Shown: positions 47,537 to 56,761 of the stretch, piece by piece
How the letters are laid out: each line of letters starts with the position of its first letter
How positions within the stretch are numbered: position 1 is the first letter of the stretch
Assembly (NCBI GenBank): GCA_041652815.1
Contig: JBAZGN010000001.1
Span: 97,363 to 161,362, forward strand
DNA length: 64,000 bases
Reading direction: 5' to 3'
Origin: Candidatus Omnitrophota bacterium
GTDB lineage: Bacteria; Omnitrophota; Gorgyraeia; Duberdicusellales; 4484-171
Made by a program: the position numbers and the translations under genes
Notes under the pieces: model-generated
The model's database searches: none
Told to the model about the DNA's origin: nothing
What the model saw: the letters and a program-made list of their open reading frames with translations, nothing else

Positions 47537-48859
47537 TTAATTTTCCTCCCAGGATAATGTAGTGTAGTCTCCGGTATTAGGCATAAAGGGCGGTGGGCTA
47601 TTTATAAATCTTGAGTCATGTATATAATTTTTGTCGTATCCGCTCATTTTGGTTGAACCACTAAAAGTGCCGACAGGGCCCCTTAAGTCCTGGATTATTC
47701 CTCCGTAGACGGTTAAAGTCCCTTTCATATAGTCATCCCAGTTTTCCATCATAAAAGAGTTGTTTAAAGCCATAACGGCGGCGTCAATTTCCAGGTTTGA
47801 AGGCGCAATATCATCAATTACCACATCCGATTCAGAAATTATACCAAGGGTATCATCTGAGGTACCGTCTCTCGGATCATCGGCGTAAACAATATTATTG
47901 GGAATAATGACATCCTGGCTTGCGCCTACGGTTAACCTGCCGTTTAGAGTTCCGGAAACAGTCAAGGTTCCATTATTCACAAATAAAGCCCCGTTTGTTG
48001 GTATGCTTACTGTGCATCCAGACCTACATCCTGATTTATTTCTGTTTGTCAGGTATATAGTCCCATTACTGTTAAACACCGCGGTAGTATTACCTGTTAA
48101 GTAAAGCCCGCCGGTACTTGCGGCAGCGGAACGTAAGGCAAGCGCATTTTCCGGCATATCAATATGTGCAACCCCAAGTTCAATCCCATCATTGAAAACA
48201 GGGACATCATTCGGTGGATTGCTGGTAAGGTCGGGTAATTCGTCGGAAGTAACAGGGTTATTATTGTTATAAAAATATATGTAGGGGTCTACTGAGTGAG
48301 CCCTACCATCAAATACAGGGTTACCGGCGATATTGTAATGGCTATTAGTGTGTGTGGGGCCGCTTAAATGGTCGCGTGTCCAGAACCAGACGTTTTGGCA
48401 ACGATTCCAGTCGTCACAATAAGTCTCTGAATTAGTCCACCAAAGATATCCTCCAAAATTATCTACTTTAAGATAATTTGACAAAACCCTACTCATATTC
48501 CCGAAAGTCCCCGTAGAAGTTACTTTATATCTTCTAACCAGCGGGTTGGTGCCTACCGGACCAAGGTCATCTATGGCAACAGTGTAAGTGCCTCCGCCTA
48601 CATTCTGAGGCCCACCCCAAGGGTCAACCGAATCAGCCGCAGGCGGTGAATCCTGGCTTCTTAACCAAAGAAGGGCGTGGTCGAGCCCTGCCTCAGCAAT
48701 ATTAAATGCAGCAGCTCTTCTCTTAAAGATATCCGCAATAAAAGTCTGGTTTATGCTTGCACTTATAAATGCTGTCGCATAAATAAGTAAAGCTATTATC
48801 ATAACCAAAACAAAGATAAGTGCTGATCCTTTTTTAGTTCTTTTTCTCATCATATTCAT
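47537..48859 (-). CDS. PilX-N-terminal-domain protein, large beta-rich (putative pilus tip/adhesin, PilX/PilY1-like)
   Basis: N-terminal KGSALIFVLVMIIALLIYATAF (PilX_N-like). Asn/Thr/Gly-rich repetitive body. Confidence 0.5.
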   Translation of the reverse strand: MNMMRKRTKKGSALIFVLVMIIALLIYATAFISASINQTFIADIFKRRAAAFNIAEAGLDHALLWLRSQDSPPAADSVDPWGGPQNVGGGTYTVAIDDLGPVGTNPLVRRYKVTSTGTFGNMSRVLSNYLKVDNFGGYLWWTNSETYCDDWNRCQNVWFWTRDHLSGPTHTNSHYNIAGNPVFDGRAHSVDPYIYFYNNNNPVTSDELPDLTSNPPNDVPVFNDGIELGVAHIDMPENALALRSAAASTGGLYLTGNTTAVFNSNGTIYLTNRNKSGCRSGCTVSIPTNGALFVNNGTLTVSGTLNGRLTVGASQDVIIPNNIVYADDPRDGTSDDTLGIISESDVVIDDIAPSNLEIDAAVMALNNSFMMENWDDYMKGTLTVYGGIIQDLRGPVGTFSGSTKMSGYDKNYIHDSRFINSPPPFMPNTGDYTTLSWEEN

Positions 48860-48860
48860 T

Positions 48861-49451
48861 TTATCTGTTCCTCATTTTTACAAGAAGCTGGACCGTATCA
48901 TTTAATACTCTTCCTTTTTTATCCGCCTTTTGCACGGTGATATCTATTCGTAACATATCATCAGGAAACGGGTCTGGAGGCGCCAGCCTTGAAAATTGTA
49001 GGCTTGTGATATTGCGCGCAAGCACGCGGTACTCTCCCGAACTGGTCCTCCTTATTATTTCTCCGTTTACATTCCGTTCATAAGTGATAATATCAGCCGA
49101 CCAGCTTATCGACGGCACGAGATTGCCCCAATTTATAACTACTCCGTTGGCATCTTTATTTGGCAAATGGAAATTTAGTGAGGTGGCTGTGGCTCCATCT
49201 GCCAAATCTGTTTGCGCGGGTGCCGTATATTTCAGCTCTTTTTCCATTGTTGTCAATGCCTTTATAATTTCGCGGCGCAATTCGACTTCGACATCGCCCG
49301 AAAACCAGGAACTCATGCCGGTATTTAGCGCGAGAAAGGTCATGCCTATCACTATAGAAAAAATAGCTGCCGCGATAAGGACTTCTAAAATTGTAAACCC
49401 AGCGCAAAAATTATGATTAACGCCCATTTTGCGGGAAAAACTTAGCCTCAT
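48861..49451 (-). CDS. Minor pilin (PilW/GspJ-like), prepilin-type
   Basis: …CAGFTILEVLIAAAIFSIVIGM. Start codon ambiguous; could be at 49427, 49451 or 49511. Confidence 0.55.
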   Translation of the reverse strand: MRLSFSRKMGVNHNFCAGFTILEVLIAAAIFSIVIGMTFLALNTGMSSWFSGDVEVELRREIIKALTTMEKELKYTAPAQTDLADGATATSLNFHLPNKDANGVVINWGNLVPSISWSADIITYERNVNGEIIRRTSSGEYRVLARNITSLQFSRLAPPDPFPDDMLRIDITVQKADKKGRVLNDTVQLLVKMRNR

Positions 49452-49515
49452 CACGTTTCGATGAGAAAGATCTAAAGAGCCCTTATGCTTTTCCAACGAA
49501 AGAAGATTCATCTTT

Positions 49516-49977
49516 TTATTTCCGGTTAACCATCTTGGTCGTTATTTGTGCCACTGAATCTATTATGCCATTGCCATTTAAATCTTCACCTGCATCAAGT
49601 ATGCCATTTAAATTTGTATCTTCCCCTATAATCCTGTTTCTCTGCTTCCAACATACACTTACAGTTACTTCCAAAAATTCCGGATTGGCATTGTTGACCG
49701 ATACGACGCCCATACTTTCTGGGATATCATTTAATACAAAATTAAGGCCGTTATAATTGTCCATGATATTCCCGAAAATACTGGTACGCATTTCCTCAAT
49801 CATTCCCTGCGCGGCAGTAGTTGCGATATTTATGTTTTTAATGGTATCAATTAATATGAAACAATTAGTATAAGCTATCAATATAGTGCTTACAAGTAAG
49901 ACTAGTATAATTATTGCCATCAACACCTCAACGAGGCTAAAACCCTTTGCAAAAAAAACCTGTTTTTTTGCCCTCAT
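49516..49977 (-). CDS. Minor pilin (PilV/GspI-like), prepilin-type
   Basis: MRAKKQVFFAKGFSLVEVLMAIIILVLL. Confidence 0.6.
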   Translation of the reverse strand: MRAKKQVFFAKGFSLVEVLMAIIILVLLVSTILIAYTNCFILIDTIKNINIATTAAQGMIEEMRTSIFGNIMDNYNGLNFVLNDIPESMGVVSVNNANPEFLEVTVSVCWKQRNRIIGEDTNLNGILDAGEDLNGNGIIDSVAQITTKMVNRK

Positions 49978-50141
49978 ACCGCCTTCTTTTCTCTTGATTT
50001 TTCTAATAATTTCCTGGAAAGTATGTAAAACCCCTATTAAATTATAGAACATTTTAGCCTAATATACAACAGTAAAAACCCATTGTTTTCAAACAAAATG
50101 ATTCTTCCGGGATATTACGCTTTTTACGTCTTTTGGCGCCT

Positions 50142-51689
50142 TTAAACCCACAAATTCTTATCCAAAGACCTGTATTGGATGGCCTCGGAAATATCCTCTG
50201 CCGAGATATTCTGCCTATCTGCAAGGTCAGCGATTGTCCTGGAAACCTTAAGTATTTTGTCGTAAGCTCTGGCGCTAAAATTAAAATGCGAGATTGCCAT
50301 CTTAAGCAGTTCTTGAGCTGCTTTATCCAATCCACAGAATTTACGTAATTGCTTATGGTTCATCTGGGAATTGAAAAATATTTTTTCATTTCTGAACCTT
50401 TCTGCCTGAATAAGGCGCGCCGCCTCAACTCTTGCTTTTATGGCTTGGGAGCTTTCTGCTTTAAAATCACAAGACACTAAATCGTCCGTCTTAATTGCGG
50501 CTAATTCCAAGTGAATATCTATTCTATCCAGAAGCGGGCCGGAAATTCTATTTCGATATTTTTGTATCTGGTAGCTTGAGCAATGACAGCTTTTTTCCTT
50601 CGAACCAAAATAGCCGCACGGGCAAGGGTTCATTGCTGCTGCGAATAGAAAACGGGAAGGAAGTTTTAAATGCCTGGCTGCTCTTGATATGCTAATTGAA
50701 CCATCTTCAAGGGGTTGCCTTAACGCTTCAAGCGCATCTCGGTTAAATTCCGGTAGTTCATCAAGAAAAAGCACTCCGTTATGAGATAGAGTTATTTCTC
50801 CCGGCTTTATGTTTGCTCCACCGCCGACTAAAGCGATACTTGAAGATGTATGATGAGGCGACCGGAATGGCCGCGATTTTATTATTGGCTGAGATTTATC
50901 CAAAAGGCCTGCCACACTATAAATTTTAGTTACCTCTAAACTTTCCTCAAATGCCATATCCGGTAAAATCGTAGGCAGGCGGCGGGCAAGCATAGTTTTG
51001 CCTACACCCGGGGGGCCAAGCAAAAGAGCGTTGTGCATACCGGCGGCTACAACTTCAAGCGCCCTTTTAGCGAAAGATTGGCCTTTGACTTCGGAGAAAT
51101 CGACTTCGTATTGGGGGTTTTCGGAAATTACATTGGCCGTATCGGATTTAAAGGGCTTTTTTTCAATCAGGCCGCAAAGAAAAGATACAGCCTCGCTTAT
51201 GCTTTTTACAGGATACACCTCTAAACCGGAAACTAACGCTGCTTCGTGAGCATTTTCCAAGGGGACAATAATTTTTTTACCCTTTTCTTTTGCGTATAGC
51301 GCCATTGGGAAAACACCGCTTACCGGGCGAAGCTGGCCTTCCAGAGAAAGTTCTCCGATTATAAAATAAGAAGACGTATCCAATTGCGCCTGGCCTGAGG
51401 AAGAAATAATGCCCAGGGCGATAGCTAAGTCAAAATGTGTCCCTTCTTTTTTGATGTTGGCGGGTGCGAGGTTTATTGTGATTTTCTGGGAAGGAAATTC
51501 AAAACCGCTGTTTTTTATGCTTGAACGTACCCTGTCCCTACTTTCCCTGACAGACGCGTCACAAAGCCCGACCAAAGAAACAGCAGGAAGGCCTCTTTGG
51601 ACGTCAACTTCGATGCAAACCGGATAAACATCCAGGGCAAAATTACCTAAAGAGGTTGTCTTAGAAACCACTTTTATTGCCTTTGCCAA
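50142..51689 (-). CDS. comM: YifB/ComM-family Mg-chelatase-like AAA+ ATPase
   Basis: Lon-like N-terminal domain. Walker A LLLGPPGVGKT. C-terminal ChlI domain. Confidence 0.85.
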   Translation of the reverse strand: MAKAIKVVSKTTSLGNFALDVYPVCIEVDVQRGLPAVSLVGLCDASVRESRDRVRSSIKNSGFEFPSQKITINLAPANIKKEGTHFDLAIALGIISSSGQAQLDTSSYFIIGELSLEGQLRPVSGVFPMALYAKEKGKKIIVPLENAHEAALVSGLEVYPVKSISEAVSFLCGLIEKKPFKSDTANVISENPQYEVDFSEVKGQSFAKRALEVVAAGMHNALLLGPPGVGKTMLARRLPTILPDMAFEESLEVTKIYSVAGLLDKSQPIIKSRPFRSPHHTSSSIALVGGGANIKPGEITLSHNGVLFLDELPEFNRDALEALRQPLEDGSISISRAARHLKLPSRFLFAAAMNPCPCGYFGSKEKSCHCSSYQIQKYRNRISGPLLDRIDIHLELAAIKTDDLVSCDFKAESSQAIKARVEAARLIQAERFRNEKIFFNSQMNHKQLRKFCGLDKAAQELLKMAISHFNFSARAYDKILKVSRTIADLADRQNISAEDISEAIQYRSLDKNLWV

Positions 51690-51806
51690 CCCAGCAGGAT
51701 TTCCTTTTGGGTTGCCTCATAGAGGTTTCAGCTTTATAAAAACACTCTTTTGCATAATCGTAAGATCAATAAGAATCAAAAAAATTAAGCAGGCGCAGCG
51801 AGGTGG

Positions 51807-52166
51807 CTATTTTTCCGAACAAAGCATCTTTTCAATTGTTACTTTTATCATGTTTCGGTCTTGGTCATCTATCTCGCAAAACTCAACACCGGTATCGTAA
51901 TAACAAATACCTTTTCTATAGGGGCTTTTTTTGTCAACAACCCATGCGATTTTTCCTTTGCAAATTATTTTGTTTCCTTTTAAATGCATCTCTATACCGA
52001 TAACCGTTCCTGCTTCAATTTTCTCTCCAGTTATAACGCGTACCCCGCCAGCAGAAATATTTTCGGTGTGCGTGGAAATGCTATGCTCGGGAAAACTATG
52101 CAGCAATATCTTGCAAGGAAACCGTACTCTTATAAACTTTCTCTTTTCTATGCCGTCATAATACAT
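51807..52166 (-). CDS. PilZ-domain c-di-GMP receptor
   Basis: RKFIRVRF (RxxxR) and NISAGGVRV (D/NxSxxG) motifs. Confidence 0.65.
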   Translation of the reverse strand: MYYDGIEKRKFIRVRFPCKILLHSFPEHSISTHTENISAGGVRVITGEKIEAGTVIGIEMHLKGNKIICKGKIAWVVDKKSPYRKGICYYDTGVEFCEIDDQDRNMIKVTIEKMLCSEK

Positions 52167-52587
52167 AGAATTGATATTATAGTAAGCCTTATTTTTTCCT
52201 AAAGCTTTTTAATTTGAGAGCGTTGAAAACCTTTTCAACGCTCTCATCCCGAGCGTCCGCGAAGGATCTCAAAGTGAATTCTCTATATAATTTTAAGATC
52301 CTTCACTTCGTTCAGGATGAGACTGTTGACTTTTTTAACGGTCTCAATTTATATTTTTGTAATTGCCTCTTTTCCCTAAGCAGCCGTGAAATATTTTTCT
52401 GCCGGTTTGTATTTTTTCCTTTCGCCATAAAATTTATACAGGGCTTTATGCTAGGATTTTACCTCTTATTGAATAATTTTCAACCCTAATTTTGTTTAAC
52501 ACTGATTATAAAAAAGTATTAAATCCGCTCAATTACTACAGCCAGGCAGGAATGGTAGTGTATAAGATAAACAATCAGAAGGTATAT

Positions 52588-53235
52588 TTAACGAGGATGA
52601 GTAACAACTATTTTTTCAAGTTGTACTATTTTTTCGCGGGAAAAAGTGGATTTTCCGCCCTTAGTCAGGAAACCTTGATTACCCAGTTGCATTTTTATTT
52701 TGTCTATTTCTCGCTGGGTTTTTACTTTCAAATCCCAAATTCTCTTACTTAATTCTTTAATGCTCTGGCTTCTTCTTGCTGTAAACAGTTTTTTTTCATC
52801 AAGACTATTGATCTTGCCTTCCCATAGCCTTAATTCTTCTTTTAAGCCGGCTACGGTTTTATTTAAAGCAGCATTTTCTTCCTTCAGGAATTCTTTTTCT
52901 TCTTGTGCTTGTTTAAGCAAATCTTCTGTTGCATTTAATTTAGCCTTTATTTGCGCAAGTTCAACCATAAGCGTATCCTTATCATAGCTTACGGCAACAA
53001 AGGCCCCCTTTTTACCTTTTAGCTTATCTCCCAGCTGCCCCAAATCTACGCTTACTCTTTCGCTTGGGGCCGAACTTAATGCCCTTCTAAGAGACCTGAT
53101 GATTTTTTGTTGATAAACAATCAAAAATGCGCCTAAAACTATGGCTGAAATCAGTATAATCAACAGGCCCTTACTCATGTTTGCTTTTTTAGAAATCATA
53201 CATATTCTCCAATTAGTTGATATATTGTAAGACAA
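52588..53235 (-). CDS. Membrane-anchored coiled-coil protein
   Basis: TM LLIILISAIVLGAFLIV, then heptad-rich region. Confidence 0.45.
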   Translation of the reverse strand: MSYNISTNWRICMISKKANMSKGLLIILISAIVLGAFLIVYQQKIIRSLRRALSSAPSERVSVDLGQLGDKLKGKKGAFVAVSYDKDTLMVELAQIKAKLNATEDLLKQAQEEKEFLKEENAALNKTVAGLKEELRLWEGKINSLDEKKLFTARRSQSIKELSKRIWDLKVKTQREIDKIKMQLGNQGFLTKGGKSTFSREKIVQLEKIVVTHPR

Positions 53236-53431
53236 TATTACAATCTGTCAATGAAGAATTTAAGCGTTACAATAAGCTACATTTACAATGTAAGCCTGTG
53301 AAAAAGCTATAAATCCTTCAATTTTACGGCCACATATGGCACGATAAGCCTGTAGCTTACAGCTTTTAGCATAAAAACTTGCCATAATAGCTTTTGTATG
53401 GTATAAATAATTTCAATTAACAGGAGGGAAA

Positions 53432-53599
53432 ATGGGAAGATATAAAGAAAAATTGAAAAAGATTCACAGAAAAAAAATGAGAAAAGCCAAGGAAGCAGTA
53501 AGGCTCTATTATAAAAAAGAGCTAGCCTACGAAAAACTAAATGCTTTGGCTAGGAAATTTTTGGCAAAAAGAAAAAGCAAAGAAAAGAAACCTTCCTAA
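53432..53599 (+). CDS. Unannotated small basic protein (55 aa)
   Basis: MGRYKEKLKKIHRKKMRKAKEAVRLYYKKELAYEKLNALARKFLAKRKSKEKKPS. AGGAGGG RBS 6 nt upstream. Possible TTGCCA-17-TATAAA promoter at about 53378-53406. Confidence 0.4.
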   Translation: MGRYKEKLKKIHRKKMRKAKEAVRLYYKKELAYEKLNALARKFLAKRKSKEKKPS

Positions 53600-53874
53600 G
53601 CACCGAACTTGTAGTGCTTTTTAACTTTTCGTTGGATATTCCACTTACATTTAAGGCCTTTTGGAAAAACAACTAAATCGCCTTTTGCTATTTTCACGCT
53701 GCTTTTATCAACAAGCTCTACAGTAACCTCGCCTTCCAGAAAGTAACAGGTTTCTTTTTCATCATAAAACCAGTTAAAACTACTTACCTCTTTTTCCCAG
53801 ATAGGCCAGGATTTAATACCCAAATCGTTTAATTCTTTTTCGCCGGGTTTTTTAACTTCTATTTTTGTATTCAT
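53596..53874 (-). CDS. Small cupin-domain protein
   Basis: 92-aa beta-barrel pattern (GEVTVEL...GDLVVFPKG). Confidence 0.6.
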   Translation of the reverse strand: MNTKIEVKKPGEKELNDLGIKSWPIWEKEVSSFNWFYDEKETCYFLEGEVTVELVDKSSVKIAKGDLVVFPKGLKCKWNIQRKVKKHYKFGA

Positions 53875-53888
53875 TTAAACCACTATTT

Positions 53889-54266
53889 TCATTTCTTTTC
53901 CATCAAATCAAGTATTTTATTTATCTTATCCACCAGAGGAATTAAAATATCGCCCTTACGCAGCTTTATTCTCAGAGAGCGTTTTCCTTTTATAACCTCT
54001 TCCAATATTTCTTCCATTCGCGAGAGCGCTCCAAAACCTTTATGTAAAACGAATGCCATGCTAATTAAAAGAATCAACAGAATTGCGCCGAAATTAAGCT
54101 GAAAAACCATGTAAGCTGCATCTCCGCTGACATCAAAATCTCTCCAGCCTAAGGTTCGTATAGATACGTAAGCGTTAATAAAAAAAGAAATTATAACCAT
54201 TATCAGAATAATCCGGATGAATTTAAACTGTATGGGGATTCGTAACCGCGGTAGTCTCCTTCTCAT
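53889..54266 (-). CDS. Small two-TM membrane protein
   Basis: GGAGG RBS before MRRRLPRL. Two hydrophobic helices. Confidence 0.4.
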   Translation of the reverse strand: MRRRLPRLRIPIQFKFIRIILIMVIISFFINAYVSIRTLGWRDFDVSGDAAYMVFQLNFGAILLILLISMAFVLHKGFGALSRMEEILEEVIKGKRSLRIKLRKGDILIPLVDKINKILDLMEKK

Positions 54267-54350
54267 GTTAACCTCCTTTTTAATGAGATAGCATTTTTTC
54301 AAGCCTGACTGCCGCAAGGCAGGCGTGCCTAAAAAAATGCGTAGCCGAAT

Positions 54351-54695
54351 TTAATATGTTAAAGAAAAAATTTGCTTATAATAATTTGATACTGTCTTTA
54401 TTGAATTTACGAGTATAACCCCCAAGATAGTGCTTATAACAGTTATTATAACCGTTGCAGCAATTTTTTTATCGCGCGATAACCCTGGGTTAAACCATAC
54501 CAAGGGCAACATAAGCGGGCCTATGCATAGAAAAGTAATTACCAGAAACGATGTTCCAAAATACCATTTATTTTGCGGCTGTTTAACCAAAAATTCATTG
54601 CAGAAACGGCACTTTACAGCTTCATCTTGTATACTTTCTGCGCAATAAGGGCATTTTTTCATTTTATGTTCATTGACAAAAGTATTTACGGGCAT
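54351..54695 (-). CDS. Zinc-ribbon plus membrane-domain protein
   Basis: CPYC...CRFC zinc ribbon followed by two TM helices. Start may instead be at 54662. Confidence 0.45.
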   Translation of the reverse strand: MPVNTFVNEHKMKKCPYCAESIQDEAVKCRFCNEFLVKQPQNKWYFGTSFLVITFLCIGPLMLPLVWFNPGLSRDKKIAATVIITVISTILGVILVNSIKTVSNYYKQIFSLTY

Positions 54696-54770
54696 TAAGA
54701 AAAAAACCTTATTTTTAGGTTATCTGTTTATTTCATTATACTCTGAATCTTCGCTGCGGGACAGTTAATT

Positions 54771-55217
54771 CTAATTCGCTTTTTGCTCGGTTAGTTCTTT
54801 TTGTTCATTGTAGACAGCCTCCGGATAGAGCCCCTTTTCTGCCATTTCTGCCTCTATCATATAAACTTTTTCTGCCTGGAATAAATAATCCGCATATTCA
54901 ACCGGATTATAATTTGCATTCTTTAACTCTTGCCTCTCTTCCTCATCTAATTTATTACGCTCATCTGTTGTATTAAAATCCAGACGGGCCTGCAGTTTGT
55001 CGCTACTTTCGGCATCCCGGAATAACTTATCCTTTATTTCTTCAGGGACATCGCATCTTCCGGAAATCTCACTAATATTAAGGCAGCCCTCCAGTTTCTC
55101 CACCATTTGTTTACGAAACTGAATAACTTTTAGCTTCATTTCCTGTTTATGTATCCACATGCTTTCAAGTTTTTTGCGTTCCTCGTAATATATTTTTTTT
55201 AGCAATTCAAGATACAT
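54771..55217 (-). CDS. Hypothetical acidic coiled-coil protein
   Basis: 148-aa ORF. No recognisable domain. Confidence 0.35.
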   Translation of the reverse strand: MYLELLKKIYYEERKKLESMWIHKQEMKLKVIQFRKQMVEKLEGCLNISEISGRCDVPEEIKDKLFRDAESSDKLQARLDFNTTDERNKLDEEERQELKNANYNPVEYADYLFQAEKVYMIEAEMAEKGLYPEAVYNEQKELTEQKAN

Positions 55218-55261
55218 AAGCCCTCCTTATATGAATTAAGGTTTATTTTGGTTAAAGTAAA

Positions 55262-55335
55262 TGGCGGCGAGTGGATTTGAACCACCGACGCAACGGGTAT
55301 GAGCCGTTTGCTCTACCAAGCTGAGCTACACCGCC
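55262..55335 (-). tRNA. tRNA-Met (anticodon CAU; elongator Met or lysidine-modified Ile2 cannot be distinguished)
   Basis: Reverse complement GGCGGTGTAGCTCAGCTTGGTAGAGCAAACGGCTCATACCCGTTGCGTCGGTGGTTCAAATCCACTCGCCGCCA folds as a canonical cloverleaf. CCA not encoded. Confidence 0.85.
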
Positions 55336-55427
55336 AAATTAGTTAACTAAAGTAAAATAGCACGAGCGAGTGGATTTTCCGCCTTCGCTAAAGCTTCGGC
55401 GGACCCGCCTTTTATTTTATATTAAGG

Positions 55428-55491
55428 TGGCGGGGAACCACCGACCGAACGGGTATGAGCCGTTTGCTCTACCAAGCTGAGCTATCCCGCC
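55428..55491 (-). pseudogene. Truncated tRNA-Met(CAU) paralog lacking about 10 nt of the T-arm
   Basis: GGCGGGATAGCTCAGCTTGGTAGAGCAAACGGCTCATACCCGTTCGGTCGGTGGTTCCCCGCCA. The acceptor/D/anticodon arms are intact, but the T-loop is deleted and the acceptor 3' strand has an extra C. Confidence 0.55.
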
Positions 55492-55573
55492 AGTGTGTAG
55501 GATTATATCATCGATAAGCAAAAAATCTATCAAAAAGCTGGATAGCTGAAAGCTGACGACTGATGACTGGCAG

Positions 55574-56659
55574 CTATAGATTTTTATATATCTCAATAAG
55601 CGGGACATTGAATTTTCTTGCGGCAATAAGACAATCTTCGTATTCCGGGGCATCTTTTTGGAATGGTTCAGCGGATATCCTAAATCTGATTTTTCCGAAT
55701 TTAGTTTTTTTTGAAACAAAATTATATTTCAGCTTGTCTCTTGAATATTCGCTGTAACGTATGCCAAAAGTGGTTGTGTGAGAAAAAATTACATCTCTTA
55801 TTTTTTCAAAATCCTTATGCATGCATAAAACGTTTAAGACAAAAGCCGGCCTGGTTTTTTTCATAATAACCTGCTCGATATATGCTTCTCTTGCACCATT
55901 TGCATAAAGCTTTTCAAAAACATTTTCGAACGCTTGCGGATTCATATCGTCGATATTTGTTTCTATCTTAATTATTTTATCTTGCTCTATCTGTGGACTA
56001 TGGTCTATGGACTGTGGACTTAAATAGGCAACAAGGTAATCGGTTTCTGCGGCAGCACCATAAGCAGTGCTGTATTTTCCCAAATCGAAGCTGCATTCAA
56101 GCTGATTCGCATCTTTTAATAATATTGCCGCGGTAGGCGTTATTGATTCGTAGCCAAAGTTTTTGGGATTTATTTTTTTACCTTTAAGAATTTCGAAAGT
56201 TGCTCTTGACGGCATACTTAAGGGAAAATTTGAAACGTATATCTCGTTAATTCCGAGGTATTGAAGCCCGATATAAAAACCACAGATTTCTAAAATTGCA
56301 TCGAGCTTGCCTAAGTGGTGGAATTTAAAATCCGCTGTCTTTGCGCCGTGGATTTTGCGTTCTATTTCGAAAAGTTCTTGATACGCGCGTATAGCTTTCT
56401 CTCTAATACCTCTCTCCAGTTTTGATTTAGAAATAAGTTTTAGTATCTTAAGATAAGACAGGTTAAGTTCTCCTTTGAAATCCAAACATTTATTTTTGTG
56501 GTGGTTATTTTCTATTTCTTTTAAGGCGATATCGAAATCCACATTCAGTTTTCTAAGTTCTTTTTTTAGATGCGAAACGGGATACCCCAGGCCGATTAAG
56601 GAATAAAGCAGCATATCGCCTGCTGCACCGCCGACAAGTTGGAAATATATACTTTTCAT
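55574..56659 (-). CDS. larC: Nickel-pincer cofactor biosynthesis protein LarC (DUF111)
   Basis: MKSIYFQLVGGAAGDMLLYSLIGLG N-terminus. Contains an in-frame repeat-derived insertion SPQSIDHSPQ at 55991-56021. Confidence 0.7.
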   Translation of the reverse strand: MKSIYFQLVGGAAGDMLLYSLIGLGYPVSHLKKELRKLNVDFDIALKEIENNHHKNKCLDFKGELNLSYLKILKLISKSKLERGIREKAIRAYQELFEIERKIHGAKTADFKFHHLGKLDAILEICGFYIGLQYLGINEIYVSNFPLSMPSRATFEILKGKKINPKNFGYESITPTAAILLKDANQLECSFDLGKYSTAYGAAAETDYLVAYLSPQSIDHSPQIEQDKIIKIETNIDDMNPQAFENVFEKLYANGAREAYIEQVIMKKTRPAFVLNVLCMHKDFEKIRDVIFSHTTTFGIRYSEYSRDKLKYNFVSKKTKFGKIRFRISAEPFQKDAPEYEDCLIAARKFNVPLIEIYKNL

Positions 56660-56761
56660 AACGCTAATTGACGCGAATCTAACGCAAATAAACGCGAATG
56701 AAAAACAAATGCGAATAAAACTATTCGTGAACATTCGCGTTCGATTCGCGAGTATTCGCGT

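Noticed and set aside
50054-50335. 93-aa ORF at the 3' end of comM
   Set aside because: It overlaps comM almost fully in another frame. The comM C-terminus is conserved and full-length.
52213-52243. Perfect hairpin gagagcgttgaaaaccttttcaacgctctc as terminator
   Set aside because: It is strong structurally, but it lies 370 nt from the nearest upstream stop and just upstream of the PilZ gene start. Its function is ambiguous (leader structure versus terminator), so it was not listed as a feature.
55262-55491. tRNA duplication as attL/attR of an integrated element
   Set aside because: The duplicated segment is the 5' two-thirds of the tRNA and lies upstream, not at the 3' end. No integrase or excisionase gene is in the window. 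It was kept only as a low-priority islet hypothesis.
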